Below, piece by piece: positions 26,901 through 41,536 of a stretch of 64,000 nucleotides of DNA; position 1 is the first letter of the stretch; every line of letters begins with the position of its first letter. The notes below the pieces were generated by a model. It did no database searches and was not told the origin of the DNA. It worked only from the letters and a program-made list of their open reading frames with translations. Made by a program: the position numbers and the translations under genes. The DNA comes from Takakia lepidozioides (taxonomy: Eukaryota > Plantae > Bryophyta), in contig CM060734.1 of the NCBI GenBank assembly GCA_030704615.1, positions 21,204,001 to 21,268,000 on the forward strand, in the 5' to 3' direction.

Positions 26901-29900
26901 GCAGGATTTCTTTTTCGCATTGAACAAAACCAGATGACAAGTGAACGCCTCATTGGACAATGGAACGATTTTCGATTGATCTCGTATTACACTGGGACGT
27001 ATCAGAGGGTACATTGAACACACTGGCCAAGGTTTGAAAGCGAACGAATCATTTGGATGGGCAACCATCCGTTGGCCCATTGAACGAATTTCGATTGATC
27101 TCATATTACTCTGGGGCCTCTTACATGGCACATTGAACATAGTGGCCAAGTCTCAAGCGAACCAAAATCATTTCGATGGCCAACCATCCGTTGAGCCATC
27201 GAATGAATTTTCGATTGATCTGATATTAGTCCGGGACCTGTGAGAGGGGTGTCTGGAACGTGCTGGCAAAGTTTGGAAGCTAACAAAAATGATTTGGATG
27301 GGCAACCATCCGTTCACCCGTTGAATGTATTCTGTTGGAGCTGCTATTGCTTTGGGACCTGTTGGACTGTGTTTCGCGTGCTCACGATTTGTTTTTCATT
27401 CCGTTTTTGAATGGGGCGTGTAATGTAGCCATATGCAATGTGCGTGCCAAATTTGGGAGCGATCAAAATTCATTTGGACCCAAAACCACAGTTTCTTCCC
27501 TGTTTTGCACTCCAAACTTGATTTGTGTTCTACTTCATGCACTCTTCATAGAGAGTTCTGCAATAGTGAGCGAAAAGAGAACACCTTTTTTGGGGGGGCA
27601 TTTTTGATTGGTCCAAATTTTGGCGGGGGAGTAGCCGTGGGATGCTGGAAGCCGCAGAACAAAATTGAGCCAAAAACAAATCGATACGTGCCCAGAAACC
27701 CCCGAAAGGCAGTGCAAACCTATTTATTGGCTTAAAAAATTAAATTCAATTAAAATGTGGAATGGCTTGAGGGGGGAGCGCGTCGATGGGGAGGCAAATG
27801 ATTTATTCGTCTGTTGTGTCTCCGCACACGTGTTCAAGCACGTGCGGGCAAAAGAGGGGCTTCAACCACAACCGTTCAATGGGTGCAATAGCCGTGCACG
27901 CATTGCAGGATTTCTTTTTCGCATTGAACAAAAACCAGATGACAAGTGAACGCCTCATTGGACAATGGAACGATTTTCGATTGATCTCGTATTACACTGG
28001 GACGTATCAGAGGGTGTACATTGAACACACTGGCCAAGGTTTGAAAGCGAACGAAAATCATTTGGATGGGCAACCATCCGTTGGCCCATTGAACGAATTT
28101 CGATTGATCTCATATTACTCTGGGCCTCTTACATGGCACATTGAACATAGTGGCCAAGTCTCAAAGCGAACCAAAATCATTTCGATGGCCAACCATCCGT
28201 TGAGCCATCGAATGAATTTTCGATTGATCTGATATTAGTCCGGGACCTGTGAGAGGGTGTCTGGAACGTGCTGGCAAGTTTGGAAGCTAACAAAAATGAT
28301 TTGGATGGGCAACCATCCGTTCACCCGTTGAATGTATTCTGTTGGAGCTGCTATTGCTTTGGGACCTGTTGGACTGTGTTTCGCGTGCTCACGATTTGTT
28401 TTTCATTCCGTTTTTGAATGGGGGTGTAATGTAGCCATATGCAATGTGCGTGCCAAATTTGGGAGCGATCAAATTCATTTGGACCCAAAACCACAGTTTT
28501 CTTCCTGTTTTGCACTCCAAACTTGATTTGCGTTCTACTTCATGCACTCTTCATAGAGAGTTCTGCAATAGTGAGCGAAAAGAGAACACCTTTTTGGGGG
28601 GGCATTTTTGATTGGTCCAAATTTTGGCGGGGGAGTAGCCGTGGGATGCTGGAAGCCGCAGAACAAAATTGAGCCAAAAACAAAATCGATACGTGCCAGA
28701 AACCCCCACTGAAAGGCAGTGCAAACCTATTTATTGGCTTAAAATAATTTAAATTCAATTAAAAATGTGGAATGGCTTGAGGGGGGAGCGCGTCGATGGG
28801 GAGGCAAATGATTTATTCGTCTGTTGTGTCTCCGCACACGTTCAAGCACGTGCGGGCAAAAGAGGGGCTTCAACCACAACCGTTCAATGGGTGCAATAGC
28901 CGTGCACGCATTGCAGGATTTCTTTTTCGCATTGAACAAAAACCAGATGACAAGTGAACGCCTCATTGGACAATGGAACGATTTTCGATTGATCTCGTAT
29001 TACACTGGGACGTATCAGAGGGTACATTGAACACTGGCCAAGGTTTGAAAGCGAACGAAAATCATTTGGATGGGCAACCATCCGTTGGCCCATTGAACGA
29101 ATTTCGATTGATCTCATATTACTCTGGGGCCTCTTACATGGCACATTGAACATAGTGGCCAAGTCTCAAAGCGAACCAAAATCATTTCGATGGCCAACCA
29201 TCCGTTGAGCCATCGAATGAATTTTCGATTGATCTGATATTAGTCCGGGACCTGTGAGAGGGTGTCTGGAACGTGCTGGCAAAGTTTGGAAGCTAACAAA
29301 AATGATTTGGATGGGCAACCATCCGTTCACCCGTTGAATGTATTCTGTTGGAGCTGCTATTGCTTTGGGACCTGTTGGACTGTGTTTCGCGTGCTCACGA
29401 TTTTTTTCATTCCGTTTTTGAATGGGGCGTGTAATGTAGCCATATGCAATGTGCGTGCCAAATTTGGGAGCGATCAAATTCATTTGGACCCAAACCACAG
29501 TTTCTTCCCTGTTTTGCACTCCAAACTTGATTTGTGTTCTACTTCATGCACTCTTCATAGAGAGTTCTGCAATAGTGAGCGAAAAGAGAACACCTTTTTT
29601 GGGGGGGCATTTTTGATTGGTCCAAATTTTGGCGGGGGTAGCCGTGGGATGCTGGAAGCCGCAGAACAAAATTGAGCCAAAAACAAATCGATACGTGCCA
29701 GAAACCCCCACTGACACAGTGCAAACCTATTTATGGCTTAAAAAAATAATTCAATTAAAAATGTGGAATGGCTTGAGGGGGGAGCGCGTCGATGGGGAGG
29801 CAAATGATTTATTGCTGTTGTGTCTCCGCACTGTTCAAGCACGTGCGGGCAAAAGAGGGGCTTCAACCACAACCGTTCAAATGGGTGCAATAGCCGTGCA

Positions 29901-32900
29901 CGCATTGCAGGATTTCTTTTCGCATTGAACAAAAACCAGATGGCAAGTGAACGCCTCATTGGACAATGGAACGATTTTCGATTGATCTCGTATTACACGG
30001 GACGTATCAGAGACATGGAAGGTTTGAAAGCGAACGAAAATCATTTGGAGGGCAACCATCCGTTGGCCCATTGAACGAATTTCGATTGATCTCATATTAC
30101 TCTGGGCCTCTTACATGGCACATTGAACATAGTGGCCAAGTCTCAAAGCGAACCAAAATCATTTCGATGGCCAACCATCCGTCGAGCCATCCGAATGAAT
30201 TTTCGATTGATCTGATATTAGTCCGGGACCTGTGAGAGGGTGTCTGGAACGTGCTGGCAAAGTTTGGAAGCTAACAAAAATGGTTTGGATGGGCAACCAT
30301 CCGTTCACCCGTTGAATGTATTCTGTTGGAGCTGCTATTGCTTTGGGACCTGTTGGACTGTGTTTCGCGTGCTCGGGATTTGTTTTTCATTCCGTTTTGA
30401 ATGGGGCGTGTAATGTAGCCATATGCAATGTGCGTGCCAAATTTGGGAGCGATCAAAATTCATTTGGACCCAAAACCACAGTTTCTTCCCTCTTTTGCAC
30501 TCCAAACTTGGTTTGTGTTCTACTTCATGCACTCTTCATAGAGAGTTCTGCAATAGTGAGCGAAAAGAGAACACCTTTTTGGGGGGGCATTTTTTATTGG
30601 TCCAAATTTGGCGGGGGGGAGTAGCCGTGGGATGCTGGAAGCCGCAGAACGAAATTGAGCCAAAAACAAAATCGATACGTGCCAGAAACCCCCACTGAAA
30701 GGCAGTGCAAACCTATTTATTGGCTTAAAATAAATTTAAATTCAATTAAAAATGTGGAATGGCTTGAGGGGGGAGCGCGTCGATGGGGAGGCAAATGATT
30801 TATTCGTCTGTTGTGTCTCCGCACATGTTCAAGCACGTGCGGGGGCAAGAGGGGCTTCAACCACAACCGTTCAATGGGTGCAATAGCCGTGCACGCATTG
30901 CAGGATTTCTTTTTCGCATTGAACAAAAACCAGATGGCAAGTGAACGCCTCATTGGACAATGGAACGATTTTCGATTGATCTCGTATTACACTGGGACGT
31001 ATCAGAGGACACTGGCCAAGGTTTGAAAGCGAACGAAAATCATTTGGATGGGCAACCATCCGTTGGCCCATTGAACGAATTTCGATTGATCTCATATTAC
31101 TCTGGGGCCTCTTACATGGCACATTGAACATAGTGGCCAAGTCTCAAAGCGAACCAAAATCATTTCGATGGCCAACCATCCGTCGAGCCATCCGAATGAA
31201 TTTTCGATTGATCTGATATTAGTCCGGGACCTGTGAGAGGGTGTCTGGAACGTGCTGGCAAAGTTTGGAAGCTAACAAAAATGGTTTGGATGGGCAACCA
31301 TCCGTTCACCGTTGAATGTATTCTGTTGGAGCTGCTATTGCTTTGGGACCTGTTGGACTGTGTTTCGCGTGCTCGGGATTTGTTTTTCATTCCGTTTTTG
31401 AATGGGGCGTGTAATGTAGCCATATGCAATGTGCGTGCCAAATTTGGGAGCGATCAAAATCATTTGGACCCAAAACCACAGTTTCTTCCCTCTTTTGCAC
31501 TCCAAACTTGGTTTGTGTTCTACTTCATGCACTCTTCATAGAGAGTTCTGCAATAGTGAGCGAAAAGAGAACACCTTTTTGGGGGGGGCATTTTTTTTAT
31601 TGGTCCAAATTTTGGCGGGGGAGTAGCCGTGGGATGCTGGAAGCCGCAGAACGAAATTGAGCCAAAAACAAAATCGATACGTGCCAGAAACCCCCACTGA
31701 AAGGCAGTGCAAACCTATTTATTGGCTTAAAATAAATTTAAATTCAATTAAAAATGTGGAATGGCTTGAGGGGGGAGCGCGTCGATGGGGAGGCAAATGA
31801 TTTATTCGTCTGTTGTGTCTCCGCACATGTTCAAGCACGTGCGGGCAAAAGAGGGGCTTCAACCACAACCGTTCAATGGGTGCAATAGCCGTGCACGCAT
31901 TGCAGGATTTCTTTTTCGCATTGAACAAAAACCAGATGGCAAGTGAACGCCTCATTGGACAATGGAACGATTTTCGATTGATCTCGTATTACACTGGGAC
32001 GCGTATCAGAGGACACTGGCCAAGGTTTGAAAGCGAACGAAAATCATTTGGATGGGCAACCATCCGTTGGCCCATTGAACGAATTTCGATTGATCTCATA
32101 TTACTCTGGGGCCTCTTACATGGCACATTGAACATAGTGGCCAAGTCTCAAAGCGAACCAAAATCATTTCGATGGCCAACCATCCGTCGAGCCATCCGAA
32201 TGAATTTTCGATTGATCTGATATTAGTCCGGGACCTGTGAGAGGGTGTCTGGAACGTGCTGGCAAAGTTTGGAAGCTAACAAAAATGTTTGGATGGGCAA
32301 CCATCCGTTCACCCGTTGAATGTATTCTGTTGGAGCTGCTATTGCTTTGGGACCTGTTGGACTGTGTTTCGCGTGCTCGGGATTTGTTTTTCATTCCGTT
32401 TTTGAATGGGGCGTGTAATGTAGCCATATGCAATGTGCGTGCCAAATTTGGGAGCGATCAAAATTCATTTGGACCCAAAACCACAGTTTCTTCCCTCTTT
32501 TGCACTCCAAACTTGGTTTGTGTTCTACTTCATGCACTCTTCATAGAGAGTTCTGCAATAGTGAGCGAAAAGAGAACACCTTTTGGGGGGGCATTTTTTT
32601 ATTGGTCCAAATTTTGGCGGGGGAGTAGCCGTGGGATGCTGGAAGCCGCAGAACGAAATTGAGCCAAAAACAAAATCGATACGTGCCAGAAACCCCACTG
32701 AAAGGCAGTGCAAACCTATTTATTGGCTTAAAATAAATTTAAATTCAATTAAAATGTGGAATGGCTTGAGGGGGGAGCGCGTCGATGGGGAGGCAAATGA
32801 TTTATTCGTCTGTTGTGTCTCCGCACATGTTCAAGCACGTGCGGGCAAAAGAGGGGCTTCAACCACAACCGTTCAATGGGTGCAATAGCCGTGCACGCAT

Positions 32901-35900
32901 TGCAGGATTTCTTTTTCGCATTGAACAAAAACCAGATGGCAAGTGAACGCCTCATTGGACAATGGAACGATTTTCGATTGATCTCGTATTACACTGGGAC
33001 GTATCAGAGGACACTGGCCAAGGTTTGAAAGCGAACGAAAATCATTTGGATGGGCAACCATCCGTTGGCCCATTGAACGAATTTCGATTGATCTCATATT
33101 ACTCTGGGGCCTCTTACATGGCACATTGAACATAGTGGCCAAGTCTCAAAGCGAACCAAAATCATTTCGATGGCCAACCATCCGTCGAGCCATCCGAATG
33201 AATTTTCGATTGATCTGATATTAGTCCGGGACCTGTGAGAGGGTGTCTGGAACGTGCTGGCAAAGTTTGGAAGCTAACAAAAATGGTTTGGATGGGCAAC
33301 CATCCGTTCACCCGTTGAATGTATTCTGTTGGAGCTGCTATTGCTTTGGGACCTGTTGGACTGTGTTTCGCGTGCTCGGGATTTGTTTTTCATTCCGTTT
33401 TTGAATGGGGCGTGTAATGTAGCCATATGCAATGTGCGTGCCAAATTTGGGAGCGATCAAAATTCATTTGGACCCAAAACCACAGTTTCTTCCCTCTTTT
33501 GCACTCCAAACTTGGTTTGTGTTCTACTTCATGCACTCTTCATAGAGAGTTCTGCAATAGTGAGCGAAAAGAGAACACCTTTTTGGGGGGGGCATTTTTA
33601 TTGGTCCAAATTTTGGCGGGGGAGTAGCCGTGGGATGCTGGAAGCCGCAGAACGAAATTGAGCCAAAAACAAAATCGATACGTGCCAGAAACCCCCACTG
33701 AAAGGCAGTGCAAACCTATTTATTGGCTTAAAATAAATTTAAATTCAATTAAAAATGTGGAATGGCTTGAGGGGGGAGCGCGTCGATGGGGAGGCAAATG
33801 ATTTATTCGTCTGTTGTGTCTCCGCACATGTTCAAGCACGTGCGGGCAAAAGAGGGGCTTCAACCACAACCGTTCAATGGGTGCAATAGCCGTGCACGCA
33901 TTGCAGGATTTCTTTTTCGCATTGAACAAAAACCAGATGGCAAGTGAACGCCTCATTGGACAATGGAACGATTTTCGATTGATCTCGTATTACACTGGGA
34001 CGTATCAGAGGACACTGGCCAAGGTTTGAAAGCGAACGAAAATCATTTGGATGGGCAACCATCCGTTGGCCCATTGAACGAATTTCGATTGATCTCATAT
34101 TACTCTGGGGCCTCTTACATGGCACATTGAACATAGTGGCCAAGTCTCAAAGCGAACCAAAATCATTTCGATGGCCAACCATCCGTCGAGCCATCCGAAT
34201 GAATTTTCGATTGATCTGATATTAGCGGGACCTGTGAGAGGGTGTCTGGAACGTGCTGGCAAAGTTTGGAAGCTAACAAAAATGGTTTGGATGGGCAACC
34301 ATCCGTTCACCGTTGAATGTATTCTGTTGGAGCTGCTATTGCTTTGGGACCTGTTGGACTGTGTTTCGCGTGCTCGGGATTTGTTTTTCATTCCGTTTTT
34401 GAATGGGGCGGTGTAATGTAGCCATATGCAATGTGCGTGCCAAATTTGGGAGCGATCAAAATTCATTTGGACCCAAAACCACAGTTTCTTCCCTCTTTTG
34501 CACTCCAAACTTGGTTTGTGTTCTACTTCATGCACTCTTCATAGAGAGTTCTGCAATAGTGAGCGAAAAGAGAACACCTTTTTGGGGGGGGCATTTTTTA
34601 TTGGTCCAAATTTTGGCGGGGGAGTAGCCGTGGGATGCTGGAAGCCGCAGAGAACGAAATTGAGCCAAAAACAAAATCGATACGTGCCAGAAACCCCCAC
34701 TGAAAGGCAGTGCAAACCTATTTATTGGCTTAAAATAAATTTAAATTCAATTAAAAATGTGGAATGGCTTGAGGGGGGAGCGCGTCGATGGGGAGGCAAA
34801 TGATTTATTCGTCTGTTGTGTCTCCGCACATGTTCAAGCACGTGCGGGCAAAAGAGGGGCTTCAACCACAACCGTTCAATGGGTGCAATAGCCGTGCACG
34901 CATTGCAGGATTTCTTTTTCGCATTGAACAAAAACCAGATGGCAAGTGAACGCCTCATTGGACAATGGAACGATTTTCGATTGATCTCGTATTACACTGG
35001 GACGTATCAGAGGACACTGGCCAAGGTTTGAAAGCGAACGAAAATCATTTGGATGGGCAACCATCCGTTGGCCCATTGAACGAATTTCGATTGATCTCAT
35101 ATTACTCTGGGGCCTCTTACATGGCACATTGAACATAGTGGCCAAGTCTCAAAGCGAACCAAAATCATTTCGATGGCCAACCATCCGTCGAGCCATCCGA
35201 ATGAATTTTCGATTGATCTGATATTAGTCCGGGACCTGTGAGAGGGTGTCTGGAACGTGCTGGCAAAGTTTGGAAGCTAACAAAAATGGTTTGGATGGGC
35301 AACCATCCGTTCACCCGTTGAATGTATTCTGTTGGAGCTGCTATTGCTTTGGGACCTGTTGGACTGTGTTTCGCGTGCTCGGGATTTGTTTTTCATTCCG
35401 TTTTTGAATGGGGCGTGTAATGTAGCCATATGCAATGTGCGTGCCAAATTTGGGAGCGATCAAAATTCATTTGGACCCAAAACCACAGTTTCTTCCCTCT
35501 TTTGCACTCCAAACTTGGTTTGTGTTCTACTTCATGCACTCTTCATAGAGAGTTCTGCAATAGTGAGCGAAAAGAGAACACCTTTTTGGGGGGGGCATTT
35601 TTTATTGGTCCAAATTTTGGCGGGGGAGTAGCCGTGGGATGCTGGAAGCCGCAGAACGAAATTGAGCCAAAAACAAAATCGATACGTGCCAGAAACCCCC
35701 ACTGAAAGGCAGTGCAAACCTATTTATTGGCTTAAAATAAATTTAAATTCAATTAAAAATGTGGAATGGCTTGAGGGGGAGCGCGTCGATGGGGAGGCAA
35801 ATGATTTATTCGTCTGTTGTGTCTCCGCACATGTTCAAGCACGTGCGGGCAAAAGAGGGGCTTCAACCACAACCGTTCAATGGGTGCAATAGCCGTGCAC

Positions 35901-38900
35901 GCATTGCAGGATTTCTTTTTCGCATTGAACAAAAACCAGATGGCAAGTGAACGCCTCATTGGACAATGGAACGATTTTCGATTGATCTCGTATTACACTG
36001 GACGTATCAGAGGACACTGGCCAAGGTTTGAAAGCGAACGAAAATCATTTGGATGGGCAACCATCCGTTGGCCCATTGAACGAATTTCGATTGATCTCAT
36101 ATTACTCTGGGGCCTCTTACATGGCACATTGAACATAGTGGCCAAGTCTCAAAGCGAACCAAAATCATTTCGATGGCCAACCATCCGTCGAGCCATCCGA
36201 ATGAATTTTCGATTGATCTGATATTAGTCCGGGACCTGTGAGAGGGTGTCTGGAACGTGCTGGCAAAGTTTGGAAGCTAACAAAAATGATTTGGATGGGC
36301 AACCATCCGTTCACCCGTTGAATGTATTCTGTTGGAGCTGCTATTGCTTTGGGACCTGTTGGACTGTGTTTCGCGTGCTCGGGATTTGTTTTTCATTCCG
36401 TTTTTGAATGGGGCGTGTAATGTAGCCATATGCAATGTGCGTGCCAAATTTGGGAGCGATCAAAATTCATTTGGACCCAAAACCACAGTTTCTTCCCTCT
36501 TTTGCACTCCAAACTTGGTTGTGTTCTACTTCATGCACTCTTCATAGAGAGTTCTGCAATAGTGAGCGAAAAGAGAACACCTTTTTGGGGGGGGGCATTT
36601 TTTTATTGGTCCAAATTTTGGCGGGGGAGTAGCCGTGGGATGCTGGAAGCCGCAGAACGAAATTGAGCCAAAAACAAAATCGATACGTGCCAGAAACCCC
36701 ACTGAAAGGCAGTGCAAACCTATTTATTGGCTTAAAATAAATTTAAATTCAATTAAAAATGTGGAATGGCTTGAGGGGGGAGCGCGTCGATGGGGAGGCA
36801 AATGATTTATTCGTCTGTTGTGTCTCCGCACATGTTCAAGCACGTGCGGGCAAAAGAGGGGCTTCAACCACAACCGTTCAATGGGTGCAATAGCCGTGCA
36901 CGCATTGCAGGATTTCTTTTTCGCATTGAACAAAAACCAGATGGCAAGTGAACGCCTCATTGGACAATGGAACGATTTTCGATTGATCTCGTATTACACT
37001 GGGACGTATCAGAGGACACTGGCCAAGGTTTGAAAGCGAACGAAAATCATTTGGATGGGCAACCATCCGTTGGCCCATTGAACGAATTTCGATTGATCTC
37101 ATATTACTCTGGGGCCTCTTACATGGCACATTGAACATAGTGGCCAAGTCTCAAAGCGAACCAAAATCATTTCGATGGCCAACCATCCGTCGAGCCATCC
37201 GAATGAATTTTCGATTGATCTGATATTAGTCCGGGACCTGTGAGAGGGTGTCTGGAACGTGCTGGCAAAGTTTGGAAGCTAACAAAAATGGTTTGGATGG
37301 GCAACCATCCGTTCAACCGTTGAATGTATTCTGTTGGAGCTGCTATTGCTTTGGGACCTGTTGGACTGTGTTTCGCGTGCTCGGGATTTGTTTTTCATTC
37401 CGTTTTTGAATGGGCGTGTAATGTAGCCATATGCAATGTGCGTGCCAAATTTGGGAGCGATCAAAATTCATTTGGACCCAAAACCACAGTTTCTTCCCTC
37501 TTTTGCACTCCAAACTTGGTTTGTGTTCTACTTCATGCACTCTTCATAGAGAGTTCTGCAATAGTGAGCGAAAAGAGAACACCTTTTTGGGGGGGGCATT
37601 TTTTATTGGTCCAAATTTTGGCGGGGGAGTAGCCGTGGGATGCTGGAAGCCGCAGAACGAAATTGAGCCAAAAACAAAATCGATACGTGCCAGAAACCCC
37701 CACTGAAAGGCAGTGCAAACCTATTTATTGGCTTAAAATAAATTTAAATTCAATTAAAAATGTGGAATGGCTTGAGGGGGGAGCGCGTCGATGGGGAGGC
37801 AAATGATTTATTCGTCTGTTGTGTCTCCGCACATGTTCAAGCACGTGCGGGCAAAAGAGGGGCTTCAACCACAACCGTTCAATGGGTGCAATAGCCGTGC
37901 ACGCATTGCAGGATTTCTTTTTCGCATTGAACAAAAACCAGATGGCAAGTGAACGCCTCATTGGACAATGGAACGATTTTCGATTGATCTCGTATTACAC
38001 TGGGACGTATCAGAGGACACTGGCCAAGGTTTGAAAGCGAACGAAAATCATTTGGATGGGCAACCATCCGTTGGCCCATTGAACGAATTTCGATTGATCT
38101 CATATTACTCTGGGGCCTCTTACATGGCACATTGAACATAGTGGCCAAGTCTCAAAGCGAACCAAAATCATTTCGATGGCCAACCATCCGTCGAGCCATC
38201 CGAATGAATTTTCGATTGATCTGATATTAGTCCGGGACCTGTGAGAGGGTGTCTGGAACGTGCTGGCAAAGTTTGGAAGCTAACAAAAATGGTTTGGATG
38301 GGCAACCATCCGTTCAACCGTTGAATGTATTCTGTTGGAGCTGCTATTGCTTTGGGACCTGTTGGACTGTGTTTCGCGTGCTCGGGATTTGTTTTTCATT
38401 CCGTTTTTGAATGGGGCGTGTAATGTAGCCATATGCAATGTGCGTGCCAAATTTGGGAGCGATCAAAATTCATTTGGACCCAAAACCACAGTTTCTTCCC
38501 TCTTTTGCACTCCAAACTTGGTTTGTGTTCTACTTCATGCACTCTTCATAGAGAGTTCTGCAATAGTGAGCGAAAAGAGAACACCTTTTTGGGGGGGGGG
38601 CATTTTTTATTGGTCCAAATTTTGGCGGGGGAGTAGCCGGGGATGCTGGAAGCCGCAGAACGAAATTGAGCCAAAAACAAAATCGATACGTGCCAGAAAC
38701 CCCCACTGAAAGGCAGTGCAAACCTATTTATTGGCTTAAAATAAATTTAAATTCAATTAAAAATGTGGAATGGCTTGAGGGGGGAGCGCGTCGATGGGGA
38801 GGCAAATGATTTATTCGTCTGTTGTGTCTCCGCACATGTTCAAGCACGTGCGGGCAAAAGAGGGGCTTCAACCACAACCGTTCAATGGGTGCAATAGCCG

Positions 38901-41536
38901 TGCACGCATTGCAGGATTTCTTTTCGCATTGAACAAAAACCAGATGGCAAGTGAACGCCTCATTGGACAATGGAACGATTTTCGATTGATCTCGTATTAC
39001 ACTGGGACGTATCAGAGGACACTGGCCAAGGTTTGAAAGCGAACGAAAATCATTTGGATGGGCAACCATCCGTTGGCCCATTGAACGAATTTCGATTGAT
39101 CTCATATTACTCTGGGGCCTCTTACATGGCACATTGAACATAGTGGCCAAGTCTCAAAGCGAACCAAAATCATTTCGATGGCCAACCATCCGTCGAGCCA
39201 TCCGAATGAATTTTCGATTGATCTGATATTAGTCCGGGACCTGTGAGAGGGTGTCTGGAACGTGCTGGCAAAGTTTGGAAGCTAACAAAAATGGTTTGGA
39301 TGGGCAACCATCCGTTCAACCGTTGAATCTATTCTGTTGGAGCTGCTATTGCTTTGGGACCTGTTGGACTGTGTTTCGCGTGCTCGGGATTTGTTTTTCA
39401 TTCCGTTTTTGAATGGGGCGTGTAATGTAGCCATATGCAATGTGCGTGCCAAATTTGGGAGCGATCAAAATTCATTTGGACCCAAAACCACAGTTTCTTC
39501 CCTCTTTTGCACTCCAAACTTGGTTTGTGTTCTACTTCATGCACTCTTCATAGAGAGTTCTGCAATAGTGAGCGAAAGAGAACACCTTTTTGGGGGGGGG
39601 CATTTTTTTATTGGTCCAAAATTTTGGCGGGGGAGTAGCCGTGGGATGCTGGAAGCCGCAGAACGAAATTGAGCCAAAAACAAAATCGATACGTGCCAGA
39701 AACCCCCACTGAAAGGCAGTGCAAACCTATTTATTGGCTTAAAATAAATTTAAATTCAATTAAAAATGTGGAATGGCTTGAGGGGGGAGCGCGTCGATGG
39801 GGAGGCAAATGATTTATTCGTCTGTTGTGTCTCCGCACATGTTCAAGCACGTGCGGGCAAAAGAGGGGCTTCAACCACAACCGTTCAATGGGTGCAATAG
39901 CCGTGCACGCATTGCAGGATTTCTTTTTCGCATTGAACAAAACCAGATGGCAAGTGAACGCCTCATTGGACAATGGAACGATTTTCGATTGATCTCGTAT
40001 TACACTGGGACGTATCAGAGGACACTGGCCAAGGTTTGAAAGCGAACGAAAATCATTTGGATGGGCAACCATCCGTTGGCCCATTGAACGAATTTCGATT
40101 GATCTCATATTACTCTGGGGCCTCTTACATGGCACATTGAACATAGTGGCCAAGTCTCAAAGCGAACCAAAATCATTTCGATGGCCAACCATCCGTCGAG
40201 CCATCCGAATGAATTTTCGATTGATCTGATATTAGTCCGGGACCTGTGAGAGGGTGTCTGGAACGTGCTGGCAAAGTTTGGAAGCTAACAAAAATGATTT
40301 GGATGGGCAACCATCCGTTCACCCGTTGAATGTATTCTGTTGGAGCTGTTATTGCTTTGGGACCTGTTGGACTGTGTTTCGCGTGCTCACGATTTGTTTT
40401 TCATTCCATTTTTGAATGGGGCGTGTAATGTAGCCATATGCAATGTGCGTGCCAAATTTGGGAGCGATCAAAATTCATTTGGACCCAAAACCACAGTTTC
40501 TTCCCTCTTTTGCACTCCAAACTTGGTTTGTGTTCTACTTCATGCACTCTTCATAGAGAGTTCTGCAATAGTGAGCGAAAGAGAACACCTTTTTGGGGGC
40601 CAACCATCCGAATGAATTTTCGATTGATCTGATATTAGTCCGGGACCTGTGAGAGGGTGTCTGGAAAGTGCTGGCAAAGTTTGGAAGCTAACAAAAATGA
40701 TTTGGATGGGCAACCATCCGTTCACCCGTTGAATGTATTCTGTTGGAGCTGCTATTGCTTTGGGACCTGTTGGACTGTGTTTCGCGTGCTCACGATTTGT
40801 TTTTCATTCCATTTTTGAATGGGGCGTGTAATGTAGCCATATGCAATGTGCGTGCAAAATTTGGGAGCGATCAAAATTCATTTGGACCCAAAACCACAGT
40901 TTCTTCCCTCTTTTGCACTCCAAACTTGGTTTGTGTTCTACTTCATGCACTCTTCATAGAGAGTTCTGCAATAGTGAGCGAAAGAGAACACCTTTTTGGG
41001 GGGGGCATTTTTTATTGGTCCAAATTTTGGCGGGGGAGTAGCCGTGGGATGCTGGAAGCCGCAGAACAAAATTGAGCCAAAAACAAAATCGATACGTGCC
41101 AGAAACCCCCACTGAAAGGCAGTGCAAACCTATTTATTGGCTTAAAATAAATTTAAATTCAATTAAAAATGTGGAATGGCTTGAGGGGGGAGCGCGTCGA
41201 TGGGGAGGCAAATGATTTATTCGTCTGTTGTGTCTCCGCACATGTTCAAGCACGTGCGGGCAAAAGAGGGGCTTCAACCACAACCGTTCAATGGGTGCAA
41301 TAGCCGTGCACGCATTGCAGGATTTCTTTTTCGCATTGAACAAAAACCAGATGGCAAGTGAACGCCTCATTGGACAATGGAACGATTTTCGATTGATCTC
41401 GTATTACACTGGGACGTATCAGAGGACACTGGCCAAGGTTTGAAAGCGAACGAAAATCATTTGGATGGGCAACCATCCGTTGGCCCATTGAACGAATTTC
41501 GATTGATCTCATATTACTTTGGGGCCTCTTACATGG
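8952..41536. repeat. Tandem satellite, about 32 near-identical monomers of about 1.0 kb
   Basis: Marker CATAGAGAGTTCTG recurs at about 8953, 9968, 10984, 11992, 13003 ... 38547, 39549, 40552. Period is about 1010 bp in the left block and about 1002 bp in the right block. Confidence 0.98.

Noticed and set aside
8952-41536. Hundreds of short ORFs repeated through the array as a tandem gene cluster
   Set aside because: Frames change from unit to unit at homopolymer indels, occur on both strands and show no domain. This is non-coding satellite.
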